Shown piece after piece: positions 14,272 through 29,040 of a stretch of DNA of 64,000 nt. The position numbers were made by a program, and so were the translations under genes. The DNA lies in assembly GCF_006345805.1 (NCBI RefSeq), contig NC_043000.1:40858001-40922000 (forward strand). The letters are read 5' to 3'. Positions within the stretch are counted from its first letter, which is position 1, and every line of letters begins with the position of its first letter. Under the pieces are notes generated by a model, which saw only the letters and a list, made by a program, of their open reading frames with translations, searched no databases and had not been told where the DNA came from. This stretch comes from Octopus sinensis (lineage: Eukaryota).

Positions 14272-15281
14272 TATATTTAGACTAGAGACACGGGTTAAGG
14301 AGGTGGATATAATGCTTAGCAGTAAACAGAGAAGATGGGAAAAGAGTGTATGATGTGATGTAGAGGGAAGATATAGCTTCCACTAAGTGTTATTTTGCAG
14401 TTTCGAACCCAAAGCAAATTGTATTAAAATGATTATTGCCAGATTAAACCTAATGCTTTAGATTTAATCATAATGTGATCACTTTGAAATTTCATCAGTC
14501 CTCAATTCTTTCAAACCTTCGCTTCCTCTACTCTTTCCAAGTTGGTCCAACCGAAAGAGAAGCTAATATTAAGAATTGCAGCTATCAGAATCTGAATATT
14601 CCAAATTACTGCAGATACCTTGCAAAAAGTATAGTTTACCAGTACTTATACAAAATAGCCAAATATCAAAAATACATATTAGCCATACTCCTAATTATTT
14701 AATGGTACGCTATTACCAAAACAATTACGTGTTCTTAAACATTTTAGAAAAAAATGCTACTGAAGTAGCAAGCTTCGTCTACGAATGCAAAGCAGGAACA
14801 TCTCTTACTGCCTGAGTTTGAACCTAGTAAAGGCATACTCTTATGTAGATATTAACAAACCGAGCAAATTTGTACAGCTGGGAATCTAGAAATACTCTAC
14901 GCCAAGACCACCAATTTTCAACAAACACCCCGACAAAATTACTTTTACGTACTTAGGCATTGAAATACTAGACACTAAAACTTTTAAATAAACTCCAGAA
15001 GTAACATTGAAATAGTGAGAGAAATATAAAAATAAATAAATGAATATATAAATTTAAGTTACAATATATGGATTCAACTAACCCAGTGGTATTCATAAAA
15101 CAGTTCCTGAATGTATCATTCTACAAAATACATAGAATATATTGTACGATGCAAAAAGAAAAACTTAAGGAGAGTATAAAATTATAAAAAAAAGGAGATA
15201 AATATACTATGATATAATTTATCTTACCGTTGGATATTCATATTTAACAACAATATATATATATGTATATAATCGACTTAC

Positions 15282-15311
15282 TATTTATAGGTGCAGTCAC
15301 GCCACCATACT
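15282..15311 (-). CDS. Microexon, 30 nt, phase 1-1: (E)YGGVTAPIN
   Basis: ctaattcttcctcttgtttatattctccag|AGTATGGTGGCGTGACTGCACCTATAAATA|gtaagt. Branch-like CTAAT plus polypyrimidine tract. Confidence 0.7.
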
Positions 15312-15761
15312 CTGGAGAATATAAACAAGAGGAAGAATTAGTATTAAACATTTTTATAAAGAAAAACAAATCATATTAATTGATTTGAAATATTTCTTAC
15401 TCATACTTAAAACTTCTCTACGCAAGAAATTGGATTTGTGTGCTATTATAAAGAACGTCAGCAATGTAGCAAATAACGAGAGATGAAGTGTTTTGCTAAA
15501 AAATACCACACGCTACCCGGTCTAGGAATTGAAACTACGATCTCGCGGTAGTGAGTGCAACACTCCCTAACCACTAGGCCATGCGTCCTCACTATATTTT
15601 AAATATATAGACAACTGAATTGATATTACGATCGAAAAATGAAGGGTCAGTCCGAGGAATGACATCACATTACTTCTTCAAGGTTTAAGAAGTTCAAAAT
15701 CAAAAGACTGATGGCGAGTTTTCTATAGTCCCGGACAACCACACTACCACGCCTGCTGCAA

Positions 15762-16072
<311 letters not shown>

Positions 16073-17299
16073 GGGTACATATACAGTATATGTGTTTGTT
16101 TGTTTGTGTGTAGTCGTCTAAGTATTTATGAGTCAGTAAAAATAGACACTTGTATATTTGTCACTAGAGTATGTATATCAGCCGGCCTTAATAATCGGTT
16201 TCGTGCAGAATAATCAGACGAATATCTAAGACCGCAGTTGTGTGAGTATTTGTGCGTGAATGAATGTATGCATTTTTTAGTCCTTCATATAACAAAACAT
16301 GAAGTAATATGTTGTTCATGGGAAGCAAACTTAAAGGTTCATTGGTTGTTTTCTATTTAATTATATTTATATATCTTGAAATCAATTCAATATAATATTT
16401 CTTTACTACACACAAGGGGCTAAACACAGACGGGACAAACAAGGACAGACAAACGGATTAAGTCGATTATATCGACCCCAGTGTGTAACTGGTACTTAAT
16501 TTATCGACCCCGAAAGGATGAAAGGCAAAGTCGACCTCGGCGGAATTTGAACTCGGAACGTGACGACAGACGAAATACAGCTACGCATTTCGCCCAGCGT
16601 GCTAACGTTTCTGCCAGCTCGCCGCCCTTATATTATAGTTATATATACATACCTCTGCTCGCCTTGCTCCTCCACGTATTATATGTGGGATTTGGATATG
16701 CTAACAACAAATGATATTAAAATATAATTCATGTATCATGGTTTGTCAAACAGCAAAACTGTAATATCAAAAGAAGCTTAAACTATTAAATTAAGGGGTA
16801 AAATCTGTATTGATATTTCTCTCTGAAAAAGCAACTCGCCTGAAATAATTTATACTAATGAAGCCGAATATAGAGAATTTTCCTTGCGTTTAGGAAGCTG
16901 AGCTTCTAGCATATATCGAACTAAAGGCGTCAAGTCTCGATATTTGCCTATCTGTTTTATGCTTCTGGGACAACCTGCAAATAAAGTTATTGTTCGTTCC
17001 TCTTCTGACAATTTTATAACTATCGGCCCATAAATAACTTTTCGTTTTGTATGAATTGATCATGGTATTAAAAACCGACAAATCATTGTACGGATTACAG
17101 TGAGATATTTTATAATACCACGTGGGATACGTACATAGGATTTTCTAGATGGCTTTTCAAAGTTAGGTGTTCTTTACTGAAGAAGACACACTGTATCAAT
17201 GGGTGATTATATGTAACAGAGCTCCCTGCATTTTTGTTAAAATGAAATCACTCCGACGTCTACTCACTCAGCGATCTTTCCATAGCTCTTTGAGCAGTT

Positions 17300-17730
17300 A
17301 CCAGCCTCTGCTCCTCTCTCTTTGGCGTGATGGAGGTTTCGCTTCCGAACAAAGCTGCAGGTGAAGAGGTTGGTACGTGTAGTCCTATCCAGCTTACCTT
17401 TGCGCACATCTCCGATGAAGTTTAAAGCTTTCCACTCGGCTGCCCTTATTCTCCGATAGATTTACTTCTCCATGTCTTGGCACATATTCACCACTTGTCC
17501 AAGGTAGACGTATTCATCCACTTTCTCTATTTCATCATCTCCAACCACTATTCGGCTAATTGCTGAATATTTGGACTGCATGAACTTGGTTTTCATGTGG
17601 TTTATTCTGTGGCCTACTTCCGAGCTTCTGATGTCCAGCAACCTCAGCATGGTCTGCAGCTGATATGTGGTCTCGGCGATGAGCACGACGTCGTCAGCAA
17701 AACAGAAGCGGGTCAATGGCTTGCCGTCTT
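17300..17730 (-). mobile_element. RTE-type LINE RT remnant
   Basis: FADDVVLIAET...INHMKTKFM...IEKVDEYVYLGQ. Confidence 0.75.
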
Positions 17731-17936
17731 ACGTATGTATCGCTGACGAGGAGAAAATTCTTATGAATTAACTCTGAAATTGGGACCGATACGATAATAA
17801 CGGAATTTTTTAGAAATTTCTGTCGGCTTACTTCGAGACGCCTGTTTATTTGTGTTAAAATATATGGTTATTGACAATTTGTCTATTTTCGGCATATTTG
17901 GCGTTAGAACTTTTTTCTTTTGCCCTTGTTTATAAG

Positions 17937-17974
<38 letters not shown>

Positions 17975-17994
17975 TTTTATATACATATATACAC

Positions 17995-18791
17995 TTACAT
18001 AAAAATTAAAATAACACTGACATCTCATTTTATCAGATATATTTACCAACATTACATGAAAATATCTTGAAATACTAAAGAGTAAATTTATCCAATAAAA
18101 TCGTCATTGACTTCAACCACGGCCTCCAAACGACTTTGGAACCTCTTGCAGCTTTTCTGGCCGGCCTCCTTGTTTAAGTTGGTGAACGCTGTCATAATCC
18201 TTGTCTTTAGTTCATCTTTGGTGTTACAAGGATGTTTTCTGGTCTCTTGCACAACTGCGCTCCACACATAATAATCAAGTGGGTTGCAGTCTGGAGAGTT
18301 AGGTGGCCAGATGTTAGGGGTGATGTGATCGCAGAAATTGTCTGACAGCCAACTGGGTTCTCCTGCTTGTGTCGCATGGTGCTGGGTCATGTTGCCAAAC
18401 ATAGGGTATTCCAACAGCCACACTCTTGAGGCTGTGTGAGAAGATAAATGGAGGCATAACGTCACTATCACTAGTGATCACTCCAAACACCATGATATTG
18501 ACTGGTTGTTTGATTTTTATCACTCTCGGTACATATTCTGGTAACACGGCAAGCCAACGGTTGCTCTGTGTGTTCACCATCTGTGAGTATTGGATATTCC
18601 GGCAAGAATGCTAAGCAGTTCAGCATGTAATTTCCAAATTTCTAGCAGCGTGAATTGCGTCATGGTGGTTTTATTCTCAGAGACGGTACCAAACTAACCC
18701 TACTAAAATGGGTAGCCGACAAAATCAAAAACAAACAATATGCCTGCGTGTAATCAAAAATATAATATGGTTACAATATACCCATCACACA

Positions 18792-18796
<5 letters not shown>
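17995..18796 (-). mobile_element. Decayed Tc1/mariner-superfamily transposon
   Basis: VWQHDPAPCDT and IWPPNSPDCNPLDYYVWS motifs; CAGTG terminus next to a TA tract. Confidence 0.8.
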
Positions 18797-18852
<56 letters not shown>

Positions 18853-18899
18853 CATACATATATATATATATGAAATAAAAATATTAATACGAGATAGAT

Positions 18900-19620
18900 T
18901 AGGAGCTATTTCTTGCTGAACGTTACATATATTATGCACAGCATTGCAATGATAGTCCTCGGCAATAGCCGTATACGCGTATCTTCTGGTGATTAAATCC
19001 AAAGCTCTATTCATCCGAAGTAAAATCTGATGGGACTAGATCTGGTGAGTAGGGAAGGAGAGGAAGATATTCTCAGCCAAATGAATTTACCTTTTCTTGA
19101 ACTATCTTTGCTGTATGTGGCCTTGCATTATTATGTTGCCCGATGATCCCTTCCTTATTGACAAGAGCTGGTTGTTTAGGAGCAAATCTTGATCGACACT
19201 TTCAAATTGTTGACTAAATTTCTGCGGTAATGTTTTCTCCTTGTTTCAATTATTTGAAGTGAGCAACACCTACTGTATTCTACCAAACACACAATAATAT
19301 TTTGTTTGAGTGTCGGAACTGGATTTTTATTTGCCGATAGTCAGTGCTTCTTATGTTTATTATTGGCATGGACTGTCTATTTCTCACCAGAAAAGATGTT
19401 TGTTCATTCCTGGTTATCAAATTGTTGAACACACTGTTTCATTCTCAGGGAATAGATCATGAGGTACCCCAAATCCCATCACTATACTCTTTCCCACTCT
19501 AAGTCCCAGATATTGTGACGCCAATTTTCTTTCCCACTCTAAGTACCAGATAATTTTGACGCCGATTTTTTCCGTTGCTGTTAGCTTGAAAATACGAAAT
19601 TACTTTTTGGTAACCCTAAT
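18900..19620 (-). mobile_element. Highly decayed mariner fragment
   Basis: Minus strand reads HNNARPHTAK and a frameshifted PYSPDLVPSDF. Confidence 0.6.
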
Positions 19621-19697
19621 ACTTTCTACAGAATCGATCACTTCATACATCTTATACGCCAAAAACCAAATACTATATAAATAATGTATCTTCTTAC

Positions 19698-19727
19698 CTT
19701 TACCATTTGAAGCATACGATGCCCAAT
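19698..19727 (-). CDS. Microexon, 30 nt, phase 1-1: (D)WASYASNGK
   Basis: ctttctttttaatttcag|ATTGGGCATCGTATGCTTCAAATGGTAAAG|gtaaga. Confidence 0.7.
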
Positions 19728-19857
19728 CTGAAATTAAAAAGAAAGTAATTTATAATATATTTTATAGAATTATGTTGTTATACACATTATAAATAATTAC
19801 AAGGTATAAATCTAATCTTTAGATATCTCAGTGAAATATCAACATCTGATTAGTATG

Positions 19858-19888
<31 letters not shown>

Positions 19889-20159
19889 GGTGGTGATAGT
19901 CGTTTGTACACCTGATAAAATTGCGTAACGGCATTTCATCCGGCCTTTTATTTTCTGAGTTCAAATTCTGCAGATATTGGCTTTGCTTTCATCCTTTCGA
20001 GGTCAATGAAAGAGTCATCAGTTAAGTACTAGAGTCGATGTAATCTACTAACAGGTCTTACTAAAATTGCTGGCCTTGTGCCAAAATTTGAAGCCAGTAA
20101 GTATTCAGGTTGATATATATATATATGTATATGGGTTTCTGTGTGTAATATTTTAAGCA

Positions 20160-20226
<67 letters not shown>

Positions 20227-20232
<6 letters not shown>

Positions 20233-21400
20233 TGGCGGCCAAAATGTTCAGAACGGCATTGTTTTCGTCAGAAAAGTAGGTATAAGTTTATAATAGTAAT
20301 TTTCTTTGGTTTCTAAATAGAACCAAATAGGAAATAACACTTACTGACCAAAGACAAAATAAAATTAAAATTTTGTTACACAGTGTAATATACACGCCCC
20401 CATTTTTCACGATTTCTTTTCAAAATCCGACTAACTTGTTAATACCTTGACGGTAGAATTCATCAGATCTTGACTCGAAGAATTCATCGAACCACGTTTT
20501 CAGCTCCACGTCGTCGCTGAACGAAACGCCCCACAGACTGCTGGAGAGCAACCGAAAAAGTAATAAAGTGAAGGCGTAGAATAATGGTGGTTGCGTCAGA
20601 ACTTTCCTATCGAGCTCTTGAATTGAATTTTAGCGACATTGTTGGGGATGGGGCGAACGTCGTCGTGTTGAAGAAGCATGCTATCCCTTCGGTCAGGTAG
20701 TTTCAGCTGGATTGCCTCGTTAAGACGGTGTATTTACTAAAAGTATAGCAGTGCATTTACCGTGTGGTTGTTTACAAACATGTCCTAGTGAATTAGTCTT
20801 TCCCAGTGCTACCAAACTCAGAACGTTTGTTGATGTGGATGCTTCTATGACTTAATTCGAGGTATTGTTTGTTTGTCGGGACTCAGCCATTCTTTCCTCT
20901 GCGTATTGGCATAAATACATCATTTTTCATCGTCGCTGACGATGTGTCCACGATGTCCACGAGTAATCTAGTGCCGAGCGCTCCTCTATCACTGGTGGTG
21001 ATAGAGGAGCGCTGTAGTTTGTCTCTTTCGTTCAAAGCGTGTAGAACTCATACACGGGGATTTTGGATCTTACCCATTGAGTGAAAGTGACAACCGACGG
21101 TCTCATGAGAGCATCCCTTCTGCTGGTCCAATTACCAAGTGAATTGGGTTCTCGTGCGTGAGCTCCTCTAATCGATTCTCGTTGAACTCAACAGATGAGC
21201 CAGAACGTGGAAAGTCTATGAGATTGAAGTTTCCCCCTTTGAAGCGTAGAAACCATTTCGTGTAATTCTTTCAGTAATAGCAACTTCTCCGTATGCCGCA
21301 CAAATGTCTCGAGCGGCTTTGGTAGCTTTTGAACATCAATTGAAAGCGAATAAAAAAACGTGTCGATAGTGCTAATTTTCTTTTTATCTACGTGATACTC
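20227..21400 (-). mobile_element. Decayed mariner element
   Basis: Terminus cagtggcggccaaaatg after a TA tract; degenerate HDDVRPIP and DEKxC motifs. Confidence 0.55.
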
Positions 21401-21407
21401 CATCATC

Positions 21408-21795
21408 GTGGAGGCGCAATGGCCCAGTGGTTAGGGCAGCGGACTCGCGGTCATAGGATCGCGGTTTCGATTCCCAGACCGGGCGTTGTGAGTGTTTATT
21501 GAGCGAAAACACCTAAAGCTCCACGAGGCTCCGGCAGGGATGGTGGTGATCCCTGCTCTACTCTTTCACCACAACTTTCTCTCACTCTTACTTCCTGTTT
21601 CTGTTGTACCTGTATTTCAAAGAGCCGGCCTTGTCACACTCTGTGTCACGCTGAATATCCCCGAGAACTACGTTAAGGGTACACATGTCTGTGGAGTGCT
21701 CAGCCACTTACACGTTAATTTCACGAGCAGGCTGTTCCGTTGATTCGGATCAACCGGAACCCTCGTCGTCGTAACCGACGGAGTGCTTCCATTCC
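21408..21795 (+). mobile_element. tRNA(Arg)-like SINE with target-site duplication
   Basis: Head GGAGGCGCAATGGCCCAGTGGTTAGGGCAGCGGACTCGCGGTC; TSD actccatcatc on both sides. A second copy lies at about 54005-54290. Confidence 0.85.
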
Positions 21796-22210
21796 ACTCC
21801 ATCATCATATGTATGAAAACATGTTAAAACGATAATAAATGTTGTAGAAGAATAGGGCTAAAAACAAAACAAAAGAAAAAGCATGAAACACTACCAAAAA
21901 ATATTTTACGTGTTGATTCAAATAACAATGGAAAGAAAGGAACGAATTTATCTTTCAACTTAATACTATAAAACCACCAGACCAAAAACTTTCCTCCCAA
22001 CAACACACCAAGAACATGTCCGCCCAAGATCAAACTGCAGATCTATAAGCTTGAACGATCTTAAAACTGAGTGTTAAAAACTTCAGGGACAAGCTATAAC
22101 ATTGGTCTAACCAGTACAACACTCTCTAGTAGGCTCATCATGCACTTACAACATGGAGTTACCACACAACATTGCACCACCACTATAAAACGATATTAGA
22201 CAGGAAATTA

Positions 22211-23087
22211 CGGATCTTTTCTGTTTGGCTGTCGAATTTTAACCTCTTCAATGTCTGTTCGAATTGATGTCATATTCGGTATAATGGTGTAGTTTTATAT
22301 GCTAATCAGTGCCATGAAATTCCTTTTCACCATAAATCAATAATTAAAGAGTTATTAGCTTTTAAGGTTTGCAAATTTTGGGTAATTTTAGCCAATCGTA
22401 AGTCACAGTCACATTCATTCCTGTTTCCATAGTAACAAGCCAAACATAGTAACAAGTCTGCGAGATAGCTTGTCTTGACAAATATATTCTACGCGAAACG
22501 TGCCCATCTGCTGTTTGTATCCTGCTTTACTCACGACACACGACATGCAACCCCTCATAGCTGTTTTTATTCTTTGGAATTTTCAGAAAATTTTTGTGAA
22601 TTTGTATTCTACACTCGGAAATTCATACGATAATGCAAAATCCTAACAACAAAACAAAAAAAGAAGCGGGAGTGCGTGATTTAAGGCCTATTTGGCTATC
22701 AAACTAATACTATATAAAAACCAAACCAAAAACTTTCCCACGAACAACACGCCAGGAACATGTCCACCCAATATCAAATTGCTGATCTATAAGCTTGAAC
22801 GACCGTAAAACAGAAGGTTTATTTACAGTTTCATATCAAAGCACGTACTATTTCCAAAATATTGACAACTCATGCAGTCACGCGCAAAATGACAGATCCC
22901 AAATTCTGCTTTCTGACTGGGTGAAAATTATCAAAATTTAAACCTCTATAATCTATGTAAGAAAACTTTCTGGAAAAAATGAAATATCTCCTGAAATCCA
23001 GCTTGCAAAACTACATTGATACACCAAATTTTAAATTTTCAATAAACCTCGATATTTCTACAACTGCAGCCAGACAGAAGAGATCCG
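22211..23087. mobile_element. Non-autonomous TIR element with CGGATC termini
   Basis: cggatcttttctgtttggctg ... cagccagacagaagagatccg; flanks aaatta/aaaata. Confidence 0.6.
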
Positions 23088-23480
23088 AAAATACCAAAGG
23101 AAAATACATACATACTTTATAAATGTCCGCGCAAAAGTGGAAGATTAAGTATGTAATCTATACGCATATCGCAATAAAATGCCAAAATTAACACGAAAGC
23201 ACAGACATCAAAAAGTTAACCATTAGTGGGAAAGTTTCTCACAAATTGATCAATATATTAGAAACAACAAAACAGCTAAAGTCTTGATGATGTGAGTATG
23301 AAAGTTTAGAAACATCGGATATGGGTCTAAGACCCCTACTGCGCTAAACCAGCTAGGTAATATAAAGGTAATATAAAAATCTGAAAAAAATAATATACAA
23401 AACAATACATGAACATAGTCATGAATTTAATCACATATGCAAAAAAGGAAAAGCTTTTTCCCTGTTTCTGATATATATAA

Positions 23481-23520
<40 letters not shown>

Positions 23521-24504
23521 ATAGTATTTTGTGAGAATTAAAATATTTTTACGGCTGAACTCAAAATAGATAAATGAATATTAGATTAAAAACCCAGTTA
23601 ATGAACAAGTCTAATATTGAGTTATCTGTAGCTTTAACTACTTCGAGTTCCACACACACACACACACACGCATATATATATATGGTAGCTAATATCGATT
23701 ATGATCACGGTTTGACAGGTTTTATTTTTAACCCTGCTGTATCTTGCGCTCCCCCGTTCTATTTGTAATGACAGCACACCGTTCTTTGAATTTTTAACAT
23801 TAAGAATATTTAAACGTTTGAAATTGGAGTAGATTTTTTAAATAAGCACACATATATACATATATATTTACATTTATGTATATGTGCGTATGTATATATG
23901 TGTATATGTGTATCCAATATATGTACGCCTTTAATTCTCATCTCTTTTACTCTTCTTCTCTCAAAGACACAACACTGAATACGTTTCAAAGAAAACGTAC
24001 TCCAGTGGAACTAAAGCACATTCGACCACTTTCCTTATCCACTTTTTCCTGTCCAGGTATACATTTCTAAGGAGGATCAAACAGAAAGCGAAGTATATTT
24101 CCTTCAGTACTGTGGTATATCGTGAAAAATCATAAACTTGATTCAGACTTTTAGATGAAATAACCAATTACAATCCATTGTAGTTTGGCAATGATCAAAA
24201 AACATTGTGAAGTTTAATTATATTTACGTCTGAAAGGGCTAGGCCTCACGGGTGCCGCTTTATAGTAATTTTGGTAATAACGTTCGAGGTATTCTGAAAA
24301 AGAGCAAAGTGTATAATTTTATATAACTTGATATATTTATTTCTCAGTAATATATATTATGTTCATATTAGCAAATCTGCATTTATAAAATTAGTAATGT
24401 TTAAATGTTTGAGATTGCTTTGAACATATTGATATGTCCTGCATTATGACGACGTATTTCTTGGTCTGCGTGACTGGCCCGTACGGCATACCTCGCCGAC
24501 CGTT

Positions 24505-26200
24505 TTCTTTATTTGTCATACAGGCCATGAAACAGAGGGGGATGGCACAAGGACAGACAGAACACCACAATGGGAATAAAAATCATGAAATGAATGAATG
24601 AGAGATGTATAATAATTAAATGAGGATGTAATGGCTGCTTGAACCCCGCTCTCAAGCAGTACCATTTAACTGTTTTAATACAGTTTTTATATAATATTTT
24701 TCTCTTCTTTCATTTTTGTATCGTATGTGTAGTCTTTAAAATTTTAAAAGCTTACTCACGCTCTACCATTTTATATATGACAAGCCGTCGTAACCTATAA
24801 CTGGCGGTAGGTCGTCAAACTCTATTCTCATCCAATTGAATCTACTTTGTTTCCAAACCATTTCTTCAATTTCTCATATCTCTCTTTGTCTATTACTATG
24901 GCTGTTGTACTTTCTGGGTAATGTTCCCTTGGTAATTTAACTCTTATCACCGATTTAAATTTGGCGATTTCCCCTTCTATATCTGTGTTTTTTTGTATAT
25001 GTTACTATACGCCATTTGTTTTTTTCCTGGTCTTTGACTGTTCGTTCCTGCGATGGAATTGGGTTGTCTGTGATGGTTTCCTTTACTTTTTCCTTCGTTG
25101 TTGATGCTGGTGGAGGTTCATGTAGTGGAAAATGTGTGCAGTCTATTTCCCTCTACTTTTTTTTCTTTATTGGACTCTTCGGAGGTGAGTTCACTGGTTT
25201 ATTTCTCTTTTTCTTTTTGGTTACCTCCGTAAATGGTTCTCCCGCTTCTTCCGTGCATTTTTCATTTTCTAGGTCCGCTACTTCGGCTTTCTGCTCCTGT
25301 TGGCATTCATCGTTTTTATTTTCTCTCTTTGGACACTTTACTCTAATATGTCCCTTTTTCACCGCATTGATAGCAAGTTGGTGGCCTTCCTTCTACCACC
25401 ACTCTCAACCTTATATCCTCTGGTAGTCTTATTTCTTAAGCAATTTCATTTAGATCTTGTCCGATCTGGATGACCATTTCTAGTCCGTATCCCCAGTGAA
25501 TTACCTTCTTTGTCCTTATCACCTTTAGAATTTTGCCGTCTTCTTCAGTTTTGGGCATTGCGGCTGCCACCAGCCACGCTTCTTTCTGGTGGTAATCTGA
25601 TTTCTGGTGGTACTCTGCATATTCTCATTCTGGCGACCCTTTTGCCGCAGTAGGTAGGCAGGAGTACCCATTTTTCTGTCTTTAGCGTCACAGTGGAATG
25701 ATATATTGCCTCCTGTTCGTTGGCAAATAACACCTCCACTGTACCGTATTTTCTGCCTTTTGTAAAGAATGTTGTCAGGTGCTTTATTTCCTTTAGACAT
25801 TCTTCAATTGCTTCTTCCGTAGCTATCTCTATTTTCTTTGTGGTTGTAGACAGTGTTCTGTACACCACTATTCTTTTCTTGGTACTTGTTATTACTTCTT
25901 CTGGAGGGTGTCAGTTTTAAACTGGATTCTTCCTTCTGAATCAGCCTGTAGTATCCCTTTTGCTTCCTTTGTTCAATTTTAATTTCTCGCACTTCTAGCG
26001 ACTTTGCACATTTCCCAGCTACTGAAGCATAATTCCCGGCATGTGCTGGTTCACACTCCATTTCATTTTCTTTTTTGATTTACTTCGCCCCAAAATGGGA
26101 AAGAAGGCAAACACAAAATTTAACAAAAATGGTATTTAACAGATTCAACAAAACCTAACAAAGTATAACATGACTTACGTCAACCAGAATCAAAAATGAT
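24505..26200 (-). mobile_element. ORF1-only L1/Tx1-like retroelement, copy 1 (frameshifted)
   Basis: KGRKYGTVEVLFANEQEAI...LLPTYCGKRV; CCHC knuckle CYQCGEKGHIRVKC; SINE-like 3' tail; no EN or RT. Confidence 0.7.
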
Positions 26201-26229
26201 CTAACACTAACAAAAGTGCCTCGCTGACT

Positions 26230-27700
26230 ACTTTTCTTTATTTGGCACCCAGGCCATTAACACAGAGGGGACAAAACAAGTACAGACAGAACACTACAGA
26301 GGGGACAAAAGACATAAAACGAATGAAAAATGAAAAAATGTATAATGAAATCGATGGCGATGAAATGGCTGCATGCGCCCAACTCACATGCAATACCATT
26401 TGAACGTTCTTTCTTTCAGTTTGTAATCTTATTCTTTTCCCCTGTTTTTTCACTATTAGCATAATTTGTTTTCTCTTGTTTTAAAAAACAACAATTTTAC
26501 GTTCTTTTTCTTAAATATCTTATATATGGTTCTAGTTCACTTAATTCTACTACTGGCGGCAGTTCGTGGAACTCCACCACAAATCCCGGCTGCACAATTT
26601 GACACTTTTCCTTCAACTTGTTATATATTTCTTTATCGATTAAAATAGCTTTTACATTTTCACCGTACATGTCCTTGGGCATCTTAACCCCTATAACAGA
26701 TTTAAGCTTGGTTATCACTTTTCGGTATTTATGCTTTTAGCATATGTCACGAAATTCCAGCTATGTTTTCTCAGCCTTCTTACTTGTTTGCCATGTTTCA
26801 CACTTGGCGCGACCGCCGCCATCCTGGTTAGTATCATTGTTTCTTCTCGTTGCTGTTCTAAAAAATTCTCTAGTATGCTTGATTCTATCTCCTCCTCCAC
26901 CATAACCTCTTTCTCAACCTCCTTTTCTACCTCTTTCTCGACCTACTTTTCAACCTCCTTTACGACTTCCTTCTCCACTCCTTTATCTGCTTCTGTTTTA
27001 TTTTTCTATCCCTCCGGTGGAGAGCCTACTCTTCCTTTTCTCTTTCGTTTTTAATCACTTCACTTTCCTCCTCTATTCCTCATGACTCCTTTTCATCTTC
27101 TTGCACCACATCGTTCACCCTCTTCTGCTCCTCAGACTGTTCCATCTGTTGTTCCTTATATTCTCTCTGGGGGCATCTCGCCTTCATGTGGCCTTTCTCG
27201 CCACACAGGTAGTGTATGGGAGGCCTACCCTCCACTACCACTCTCAATCTCATATCTACGGGTAGGATAATTTCTTCCGGAATTTTATTCATGTCACTCA
27301 CACTTGCCTGTATTGCCATCTCGATTCCGTATCCCCAATAGTTCATTATTTTCGTTCTTGTTACTCTCAGGATTTTCGCTTAATCCACCTTATTGTACAT
27401 GACTGCGGCAACCAACCATATTACATTCAACTTCGGTGGCACTTTTCCCACTCTCACTCTGACAACTCGCTTGCCACAGTATGTCGGTAGGAGCACCCAC
27501 TCTTCTGTCTTTATGGTATCGGTGGAGTGCTTTATCGCTTCTTCTTCGCTTGCGAATTGCACCTCCACTGTACCATATTTTCTTCCTCTTGTTATAAACG
27601 TGGTGACCTTTTTGACCTCTTTTAAACACTTCTCAATCTCTTCTATAATAGCTATTTCGATTTTCCGTGTCGATACCTTCAGTACAGTTCTATATTTAAA
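26230..27700 (-). mobile_element. ORF1-only L1/Tx1-like retroelement, copy 2 (frameshifted)
   Basis: VEVQFASEEEAI...LLPTYCGKRV; RVVVEGRPPIHYLCGEKGHMKARC; same C-terminal domain and tail as copy 1. Confidence 0.7.
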
Positions 27701-27782
27701 AAATGAGGAATTATGTACATTATTTGCATTATTTTATGGTGAAATTTCGAACCTGAGTTCTTATTCCTAAGGTATTTTTCGA

Positions 27783-27818
<36 letters not shown>

Positions 27819-27967
27819 TTTTTTTTTCTTCTTTCAAATTTGCTTTCATTTCTTGCCGAGTGTCTTCCCGACTCCTAGGGCAAAGAAACTCATAGTATAC
27901 ATTGGTAGGCCATTAAACCAAACTCAATAGTTCGTTCATTTTTTTATTTATGTTTTTTTTTAAGTTA

Positions 27968-27968
27968 A

Positions 27969-28018
<50 letters not shown>

Positions 28019-28037
28019 CATTATTATTATTATTATT

Positions 28038-28109
<72 letters not shown>

Positions 28110-28454
28110 TTGAGTGAGAGAGCAATGCATGCCATCAAAGTGACACTGGGGTAAACTATACGAAGCTCATAAGTGTACACCAAGCACGTGCTTCACAACC
28201 ATATGTGCGCGACATGGTGATCTCATATCAAGAGAAACAACGCATAACCTTGCAGATAGGGCCTAGTTAGAATTTCCTTCAGGTCTAGTAGCTCATTCCA
28301 CTCAAAAGGTCATTGAACAAATTTTGTTTTAAGGATGATGAACAAAAGACCCATGTTTCCAGAGATGAATTATTCAAATCCCAAAGTATTCCTCTCACTA
28401 CATAGCTATGATGCTCCCCCCACTGTTCCTTTTGCTAAACGTCCCCGGTGTTCC

Positions 28455-28548
<94 letters not shown>

Positions 28549-28567
28549 CATTATTATTATTATTATT

Positions 28568-28617
<50 letters not shown>

Positions 28618-28987
28618 TATTATTATTATTATTATTATTATTTTGAGTGAGAGAGCAATGCATGCCATCAAAGTGACACTGGGGTAAACTATACGAAGCT
28701 CATAAGTGTACACCAAGCACGTGCTTCACAACCATATGTGCGCGACATGGTGATCTCATATCAAGAGAAACAACGCATAACCTTGCAGATAGGGCCTAGT
28801 TAGAATTTCCTTCAGGTCTAGTAGCTCATTCCACTCAAAAGGTCATTGAACAAATTTTGTTTTAAGGATGATGAACAAAAGACCCATGTTTCCAGAGATG
28901 AATTATTCAAATCCCAAAGTATTCCTCTCACTACATAGCTATGATGCTCCCCCCACTGTTCCTTTTGCTAAACGTCCCCGGTGTTCC

Positions 28988-29040
<53 letters not shown>

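Noticed and set aside
21408-21485. tRNA-Arg gene
   Set aside because: It is a tRNA-like head continuing into a SINE body with a TSD, in multiple diverged copies.
24001-24066. 66-nt AG/GT segment on (-) (KCIPGQEKVDKESGRMCFSSTG)
   Set aside because: It has a stop in phase 1, so it is incompatible with the exon chain, and no phase-0 partner exons were found.
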